Below are positions 23,481-31,339 of a DNA stretch of 47,420 bases, one piece after another (position 1 is the first letter of the stretch; each line of letters starts with the position of its first letter). The DNA lies in the NCBI GenBank assembly GCA_032718475.1, contig JAUCBJ010002486.1, positions 1 through 47,420 on the forward strand, written 5' to 3'. Below the pieces are notes generated by a model. That model made no database searches and had not been told where the DNA came from. It worked only from the letters and a program-made list of their open reading frames with translations. Position numbers and translations under genes: made by a program. The stretch comes from Nemertoderma westbladi (Eukaryota; Animalia; Xenacoelomorpha).

Positions 23481-24040
23481 GCAATCGTTGTCGTCAATCA
23501 TCCCAGGCATGGAAATCGATCAATTTGCTTACTGGGCGGAAAAGCCAACCAAACCACCAACGCACCAAGGTTAAGGCAGAATCAACAGCCGATCGCCTCC
23601 ATATGGTTGGAAGGCCCACTTCGAAAAGCTCCTCAATAATGACGGGGTATTGCCTGATAACTTTATAGAAGTAAAAGTGTCTGATTCTGTACTCCAGATA
23701 TTCCCATTGGCGATAGTCCTACTGGCTCTAGAAGTCAAGGAAATCCTGCCAAGTGCTGTACCAAAGTGATCTAGACTTTGCTGATAACTTAGGAGTACTC
23801 TCAAAATCACTAGAGGGAGCCCAACGGCTCATTAGAAAGGGCTGCTTCTAGTGTTGGTCTTTTTGTGTAACACCAAAAAGACCAAAATTGTGACAGCTGA
23901 CTTAGAAAGTCCTCAGCAAATCTCTGATCGGATGAGCAAAAGCTCAGAGGATGGTATGCTTATGTGAAAGGATGATAGGGAGTTGTGGCGGTGCAACTTT
24001 GTTGATAAGCCGGCACAGCATTCCTAATGCACGCTGCATT
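23478..24040 (+). pseudogene. Rearranged and deleted RTE fragments in the opposite orientation
   Basis: AWKSINLLTGRK (pre-RT linker), then a DFADN segment and a 3'-end segment (GATAAGCCGGCACAGCATTC) matching the neighbouring RTE copy. Confidence 0.7.
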
Positions 24041-24338
24041 GGGCTAGCCAATTGTGGATTGCATGGTGGTGACAAAATACTTTTGTTAAGCCGGTAATGC
24101 TCTGGCTAAACCCTATAGGCCTATATTTCATTAGTTAAACGAATTAAAAAGTACCCCTTTTTGGTAAAAACGAACCGCCCTATTAAAATTCTGGCTACGG
24201 GCATGTAAACTAGTACTGTAAAAACAAATTATATCTATTAGCTATCTCTATTTCTAATTTCAATGGGGGGGGGGGGGGGGGGGGGTGGTGGGGTTAACAT
24301 AATGCATGATGTGTACGCGTACGGTATTTATAAAAAGT

Positions 24339-24371
<33 letters not shown>

Positions 24372-24476
24372 ACTCCTTCATAAATTCCTAGATCCGCCAC
24401 TACTGGCGTTTAGTATCTGGATCTATTAGCAGCACAAGTTTTAATGTTCTTGACCGGCCGTTACCATTTCTGTCGG

Positions 24477-24860
24477 TTAATAAGAGTTTGTTTGTATGTG
24501 ACACTCCATTTCTCCCCAAAAAACTCTGGTTAAATATTGACATATTTCCCATTGTTTCTTTGAATATAGGTACGCTTTATCGCTGAACATCTCAGAAGGA
24601 TATTCCCACTGACGGCGTCTCAATAGCAAATGGTTTGGAGTTAACACATCAGATGAGTTGAGGTCATTGTTCATCGGACAACGGGGTCTCGAGTTTATCA
24701 ACAGTTCCACTTCCGCTAACAAAGTTTGGAATGTTTTTTCAGCAATAACTTGATGGTCCAATCTATCTAGGATTTTCCAATAGTTCAACTAATTTTATAT
24801 CCTTTAATTGATCTTCTCGCCAATTTGTTTCCATTGTAACAGTTGTCGCCGCACAAAGTT
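24477..24860 (-). pseudogene. BEL/Pao integrase C-terminal fragment
   Basis: FQTLLAEVELLINSRP...LTPNHLL...KQWEICQYLTRVFW parallels LTTLFVEIEAILNTRP...LTPAHLL...KAWKITQLLANKFW of the large BEL element. Confidence 0.8.
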
Positions 24861-24869
24861 GAGAAGGAA

Positions 24870-26109
24870 TAAATTCTTCAGCATTTTGGGTTCAATTTCA
24901 CTATTGTTCTACAAAGAGCATCTGGGACTATATTATCCTTTCCAGGGCGGAAATGCATATTAAATTGATAAGTAGAGTGTATCTCGCCATCTGGCTTGTC
25001 TAGTATTGTGTGCAGTTCCATGTACTAATGACAACTAGGGTTTATGATCTGTATATATGTCAAATAATCGCCCATACAAATAAGGATGATATTTCTATAC
25101 AGCCCAGACTAATGCCAAAAATTATCTATCGGTTGTAGAGTATCATTGTTCCGTCGGAGTTAACTTTCTACTGCCAAATGCAATCGGTTTTTGCACACTA
25201 CATTTTTCTTGTGACAACACTGCACCTAAACCAATTGAATTAGCATCAGTAGACAATTGAAAATTTAATGTAAAATCGGGTAAATCCAGCACTGGGTGGG
25301 TTTGTAATGCCTCTTTGAGTCTATCAAACGCTAACTGGCAATCAATACTCCAAACGAAATTTTTGGGTTTCCCAGATTGTATAGAATATAAAGGGGAAGC
25401 AATTTTTGCAAAGTTTTCAATAAACCTACTAAAAATTTAACCATGCCTGTGGATGTCTGAACTTCCTTTTGACAACCAGGTTTTGGATAATTGATAATGG
25501 AATTGATAATGGAATTTTCAGGGTCCGATGTTATCGTTCCATTCCCCACCATCACGTCGCATTCTTTCAAATGCGGCTTTAATTATTTGTAGATGGTCCT
25601 CTATTGAACGACTAGATAACCTGATGTCGTCTCGATATGGACATTATAGAGATATTCTGTATAGTTTTTCATATTTCGCGTTGAAGTTTTGGTCCTGAAA
25701 TACACCATCGCATCCAAACGGTATGACAGTGAATTGATATAAATTGTCACCCACTTGAAATGCAGTCTTTTGTCGTGATTCCTCATCCAATGGTATTTGC
25801 CAATACGCAATATCTAAGGTAGAAATCACATTGGCACTAGCTAACTCATCAAGGATATCATCAATTCGAGGTAATGGAAATTGGTCACGTATATCATTTA
25901 ACTTTTTATAATTAATAACGAAGCGTTTTTCACCTCCATTCGGACAATTTACTAAAAGGCAAGGAAATGCCCAGGGAGAACTACTGTGCTCTATGACATC
26001 CATTTTCAGCATTTTATCCACATGTTCCAGTATTTCCTTGGTCTCGGCTGGGCTCTTTCTATATGATCTAATATTTATCGGATCATTATTTTGGGTTTCT
26101 ATTGTTATT
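24870..26109 (-). pseudogene. Decayed Ty3/Gypsy pol (RT/RNase H); downstream half of the element that starts near 47316
   Basis: SSSPWAFPCLLV, FVINYKKLN, FPLPRIDDIL, YWQIPL, KTAF, PVLDLPDF...STDANSIGLGAVLSQ; many lesions. Confidence 0.85.
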
Positions 26110-26668
26110 CCAAAATTGTAACATTACTTAACGCCGTTAGTATTAACAACGAGTTGTTATTTAGCACTTTACAACTTTAGAGGACATTACAGCGTTGTAA
26201 TGACCTGTACATTTAGTATTGTATTTGGTGTTATAGTTTACGTGGTAACCCATGACGGCGTTAAGTAATGTCCACTGCGGGGACATAAGCCGTCATTGGA
26301 TACCACCTAAACAATAGGAGGAAATTTGCCTGACAGCCAGATAGGCCTACTGCATTACTATCAGGGGTATAGCTATTAATAACCAGTAGGGCCTAGCTAT
26401 ATTATTATAACATTGCTCCAAACGCCACCATAAATATAAGCTAACTTATTTATAACATAATTTATGTCATTTTTACATTTATTTATACAGCAACTAATAT
26501 AATTTGTGCAGTTTCTATCACTTATAATATATGTACAATATAGAATTATATTCTCTAAATGCCGTGGATTTTCAAAATTTTTATTTTATTCGATTTAACT
26601 TTGTTAAAAGATTACATTAAGTCCTCATTTGTATTTGCTATATCTATTTGTACGATGATTAGTCAAGT

Positions 26669-26752
26669 TGTTCAGTGACTCAGTCGGTAGAGCGTTGGAA
26701 ATTATATGTAGTGTGTATTGAGTTCGAATCCTAGTAGGTGCGAATTATTTTT
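26669..26752 (+). promoter_or_regulatory. tRNA-like Pol III A/B-box cassette in the 5' LTR (A box mutated in this copy)
   Basis: TGACTCAGTCGGTAGAGC ... GAGTTCGAATCC ... T-run; compare the intact copy at 44078. Confidence 0.6.
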
Positions 26753-26817
26753 TGTGCAGAATTTCAACTCATTTAAATTGACCGCTACAAATTAATTGCA
26801 TTTGCTTGAAGTAAGGT

Positions 26818-27088
26818 TAACCAATGAGACTGTAGTTATTAGATTGTAACCAATGTCGTACAAGTTATATATTTGCTGGACCAATAGCTATCTTTAAAAA
26901 CCTGTTAGAACCTATAGAACAATCGAGAATTTTCTCGATTGATTGCGGCACAAATTTGCTATATAAAGGTGCGATTTGTTCATTAGTTATTCAGTCTATC
27001 TTAGCATTCTTCTTCTGTTTCTTACATCCATTAGTTATTTCAGATTACATTGTTTATTGTAATAGTTATTGTTTGATTTTGTAATAAA
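26818..27088 (+). promoter_or_regulatory. Predicted LTR Pol II promoter and poly(A) signal
   Basis: Three CCAAT boxes (~26820, 26850, 26881), TATATAAA at 26960-26967, Inr-like TCAGTC at 26991-26996 about 30 nt downstream, AATAAA at 27083-27088. Confidence 0.6.
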
Positions 27089-28448
27089 AGTTAGAAATAC
27101 TTGTCACATCTGCCCTTTTCTATCTGTTTTACTATGCTTCACCACGGAGAACTCAACTGAGGGACAGGATGGCTGGCTAAACATCGGGCCACAGCAATGA
27201 ACGGGAACATCTAAGGAATGTAGACAGGAGACAACCCGCAATATCACTCTTAGTTATTCGCCCATCGCCTGAAAGGTTAGACAGCGTTCGATGCCTTGCT
27301 ACCTAAGTATAAGACCAAAGATCGAAGGTAGAGGTAGTGACACGCTGTACGCCTAAAATTACATCTAGGAACTGTACTGTTTTAATTCAGGAAAAAACCG
27401 CAGTAGACCTTCATATTCCTACGGGGGAGGGGGAGAGCAGGCAGAGATACTAGTACGCAGATAGGACGTAGGCACACCGGTACAAAGCATACACATTGGT
27501 AGGGTGCAGCAAACTGTACGCCTAACTCTTGCTAAGTACAGGTGCGTCTGTGACTATTTGTAGTACAACGGTGTCCATTGCATTAGAACTTGTAGGCTAG
27601 GAGGGTTACTGTGTTTCACCTGAATTAGGATTGTACCGTTCAGGCGGTAGGGCAGTTTACGACTAGGCGCAAATAAATTGAGGCTAATTAGGGATACTAA
27701 CATCTACCGTGTCCCCGCCGACATCCTGATAGGAAGTTACCAAGCCCACCTAGGTAACCAAAATTCTAGATAGGACGCCAGGCTAGCTATTAGTAACCGT
27801 ACGCCTACTGTAGTAAACTAACACATTTCTTCTTAGTATTAGGGACCTGGTAAATAAAAAATTGCCGAATTCTGGGCGTAGTATTAACCTTATGCCCGAA
27901 TTTGAGTCCTGGAAATACGCAAGAGGGGAAGGAGCCTTATTATTCGTGAGTATTGGACCTACAAGTTACAAAATTAGAATATTCGTAAAATGCACACCGT
28001 ACCCAGTAATTATATATATGAAGGAGCAAAACTGATCTTGACTGTTCAGAATTAACACACGCGCGTTAGAAATTATTTACACCTCAAAATATATAAAATT
28101 AACTTTTGTCCGTACTGCACTTTGCCCGCTAGTTAGACATCTCCAAATCTCTGCACCTAGCTAGCGTCCTTTTCGCCCAACCATATAAATCACACCGCGG
28201 CAAAGTATACGAGCCCCTTAGTCCGTCAGTGAGTCAGCCTGATTTTAGGATTCGCTGCGCGGGATTTTGTTTTATCGAAGTTTGTCTGTTCGTAGACTGT
28301 TTTCTGCCTCACCGGTTATAAGAGACCGATACTGCATATATATTCGCTTACTTGGAGTTTACTGTTTTGGTGAGAAGGTCGGATTTATGATTTGATCCAC
28401 AAACTTTACAGTAAGATATTGCAGGTATTGTTACTGTCGCTTCGAATA

Positions 28449-28460
28449 GTAGGAATATGA
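28449..28460 (+). promoter_or_regulatory. Non-tRNA primer-binding site candidate (self-priming)
   Basis: GTAGGAATATGA starts at the first base after the LTR and is the exact reverse complement of TCATATTCCTAC at 27411-27422; no TGG-initiated PBS is present. Confidence 0.7.
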
Positions 28461-29300
28461 GTATTATTTAACATATTTCCTAGAATAGTAGGAATATGTT
28501 TTACTGAACTACGGTTCGGTAGGACTAAAGTTATTTGAAAAATTTTGTATTTTGAGGTAAAAGTTTATATTTGATTAGCTAAGTGCTAATTTTTTGAAAT
28601 AAAATTTGATTTGAACCGCGTGTAAAATATTTTGGAATTGAATACCGGTGTTTAAAAGGGTTTAAATACCATATTGTACCGGTACAAAATTTTCGTAAAA
28701 GTAAAACCTAACTCTTTTGTTTTTCAGGATTCAGAACTCATTTCTAGGCTGTAACGAGAGCAAGACCGTGTTTAGCAAGTTTGGGAGATAGATAACCCAA
28801 CAACTTTGGTTGGGAAAATCGCACTTCGTCCGCAACGCTGGAAACGGAAAGGTTCACGTCCGGTTTGTATCTGGGAATCTGTTTTTCTGGAGAATTATTG
28901 GAGTGGGTGAGTTCGAAAAGTTGCATTAATCAGTTAGGCATTACCGTATTAGTTAAAATTATTGTGGGTTCCACTGTCTCAAGTATTTATGCATTCCGTA
29001 TGATTTCTTTGTTCATTGCTGAATTAGTCCGTAATTATTTGTATTTAATTTACCTTTTGATAACGCATATCGTTATCCGATTTATTTGTTATAAAATTGG
29101 CCGTTAGGCTAATTTTATTATATACTTATTCCGTGACATTTATTTGCTGTAAAATTGGCCGTTTAGGCTAATTTTATCCATTTGCTATAAAATCGGCCGG
29201 TAGGCTAATTTTATATGACTGTAATTAGTACCGTTTAAATATAAATACGGTAAATTTGATACTTTGACACTCACATTTTACTTGACTTACAACTACCGAA

Positions 29301-30138
29301 ATGAGTGACAAACAAGACTATACGAAGAATACACCTACCGACTATGACTCATGTGACGCGGATAAGTCAGCAGCGGAAGAACTACAGGGGAAGACTCGCG
29401 AGCCTACCGAACCTACACCGTGTGCGTCACCAGTACATCCAACGGGAGTACCGGATGCCGTAGTACGAGGCGACGGCAGGACCGAGGATTTTCTAACTGT
29501 TCCGCAACCTAGATACAGGGAAACGGACATGGTAAGTTCAGTAGGAAGCCAGGAGAGTGTGGTTAGAAGCGTCGGAGGCTACATGGCGCATATTACCAGG
29601 AGTATTGGGGAAGGCCAACGCATATTAGACGAGTTAACCGCTCCGATGTCTCGGTTTGAGTTCTACACCCTCCAGGTTAGAGTACAAAGTAGAGTACATA
29701 AGTCCGTAGATAATCTAATTGGTCTACAAGATCTAGCTAGACAGAGACAGGACGTGGATACTCAACTTAGAATCCTCGAGAAACTAATGATCGCTAGAGA
29801 GAAACTGATTCAGTTTAAGTCGACGATTAGGCAGATACAACAGGAACAAGCGGACCAGTTGTTAGGTGAGTCAGTTTCGGACGAATTATTGCAGCCCGAG
29901 GAAGAACAGGAACTGTACCGACTAGATGGACAATTGAAACATCTGACGGACCACTTACGTATGTGCGGCGAAGACGTCGGCGATTTGGAAACCGTGCCGG
30001 AATATACGAGGGAAACATCACCCGTACAAATCGAATCGGCACCGGGAATACTGGACCAATCGTTAGTGAGTATTCGCAGCGAAATTGGCGAGATAAGTAT
30101 AGTGACGTCAGAAATTTCCAGACAGCAACAACAGCACT
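29301..30138 (+). CDS. gag: BEL Gag-Pol polyprotein, 5' exon (N-terminal helical region)
   Basis: ATG at 29301, open up to the intron; joins the 31340 frame as ...RQQQQHY|TSDRQQREVEE when 30139-31339 is removed. Confidence 0.8.
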
Positions 30139-31339
30139 ACCTAAAGAGGTGAGGTCTCTATAGCGGTGGTGCTAACAGGCGGCGGCGGACTCGTGAGGGT
30201 CTGGGGGCACGTTAAATTGTTGTTATAGTGCTAGGGAGTCACTGAAGGCCCTCGTGTCTAACGAACCATGAATTGCCATGGTGCCGTGGTATCGCCTAGT
30301 CGGCCTGTTGCCGTACTGCCAGTCCTGTACACAGTAGGGGTGGTGGCATGGCGTGATTTGTGGCACATGTGGCGCGAACTATGTTTTGTATGTGGGCGAT
30401 CAGTGGCAGTTTGCTTGGGGCTTGGATGGTTCCATTGACCGTCAGCTGTTCCGTTTTTTTGATACTATATGTTATTGTCTCCATGTTCAGCTGACTTGGT
30501 CTTTGGTGGCATTGGAATAAACCGTCGGGTCTTGAGCTTTCTGTTGCTGTGGGTACGTGAGTACACGTGATTGTATGTGTGGCCACTGCGAGTGGGTATG
30601 GGAACCCTTGCCAGTTGGACAAGACGCCGCTGGTATTAGTAGGACCATACTTTACTGCGCCCCAGCATACTTTGTGCACACAAAGTTATTTTACCCTGTC
30701 GGTAAAATAAAGTACTCTCGATTTGCCTCCGGTCGATACAATTTTGTCCCTTCTGATTTTGTCTTTCCCGATTTTGACCCCGATTTTGTCTTTACCCGAT
30801 TTTGTCTTTGTGTGTGCATGGTATGTGTCAGATTTGTGTTTACCGTAGTGTACTTGATTTCGTGAACATCTGTTGAGTACACGTGTACAGGACGGGTAAG
30901 TGGTTACTTGTTCCTAGCTTTCGAGCTAGTCAATATTGTTTGTGGAACTTACTTCCCCTCAATATTGCCGGCGAGGCAGGTGAAAACGTGTCAATATTCC
31001 ATGTTGGGTAGCGCAAGCCCGCTTGGGACAAGACCGTCGGTTAGGTCCAAGGGCGACCTTGGTGCTCGATCGCTATCGACTGGTCCACCTGCCGGTTGAC
31101 TCTTTGTTATACTTTGAGTTGGCTCAATGTACAGTCAGGCCACAGTAAGTTGACAGTAGCCGCCCATCTGGCTACACGTTCGACGAGCTGTGCTGGTGTG
31201 ATCGGGGGACCGAAAACAGAACCCGGGAAGCATCAGGCCACCCTCCGGCCCGGTCTGATAATAACATCTGTCGGACTGGCCCCAGGGGTGGTGGAAAGGG
31301 GCTGCCTCGTGGGTGCGCCTCGGGGAGGAGCCCAGAAAG
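30139..31339 (+). ncRNA. Group I self-splicing intron (IE-like core), 1201 nt
   Basis: P1 AGCACU(30133-38)/GGUGCU(30168-73) with U.G at the splice site. P3 GGCAGGUG(30975-82)/CACCUGCC(31086-93). J3/4 AAA. P4 ACG(U)GUC/GACCGU. P6 CGGUU/GAUCG. P7 U(C)GACUG(31076-82)/CAGUCA(31132-37). P8 31094-31124. J8/7 CAAUGUA. Terminal G at 31339. Excision restores the frame. Confidence 0.88.

Larger units (their letters stand above)
26539..28448 (+). repeat. 5' LTR of the BEL element
   Basis: TATAGAATT...TTCGAATA; about 19 substitutions versus the 3' copy by manual count (~99% identity). Confidence 0.97.

Noticed and set aside
21470-24372. Long G and C homopolymer runs as a specific functional system
   Set aside because: They look like ends of common small non-autonomous elements; run lengths are assembly-sensitive and no paired termini could be established.
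28288-28299. GTTCGTAGACTG in the LTR resembling a group I R element
   Set aside because: No downstream CAGTC partner for P7 and no P3/P4 context.
30296-31099. Short ORFs within the intron as a homing endonuclease
   Set aside because: No recognisable LAGLIDADG, GIY-YIG, HNH or His-Cys box pattern; they overlap structured RNA and repeats.
30149-31335. Spliceosomal intron reading of the gag insert (AG|GTGAGG donor at 30149, CAG acceptor at 31335)
   Set aside because: The junction would be out of frame and there is no pyrimidine tract; the group I boundaries restore the frame and are supported by the fold.
30139-31339. Group II intron, or an ordinary TSD-flanked insertion
   Set aside because: No GUGYG start, domain V or AY end. 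Candidate micro-duplications (ACAA, AAAGA) do not restore the gag frame.
31096-31339. First ~80 codons of ORF 31096-31875 as real protein
   Set aside because: They are the intron P8-P9 region read in frame by chance; the protein-like composition begins at 31340.
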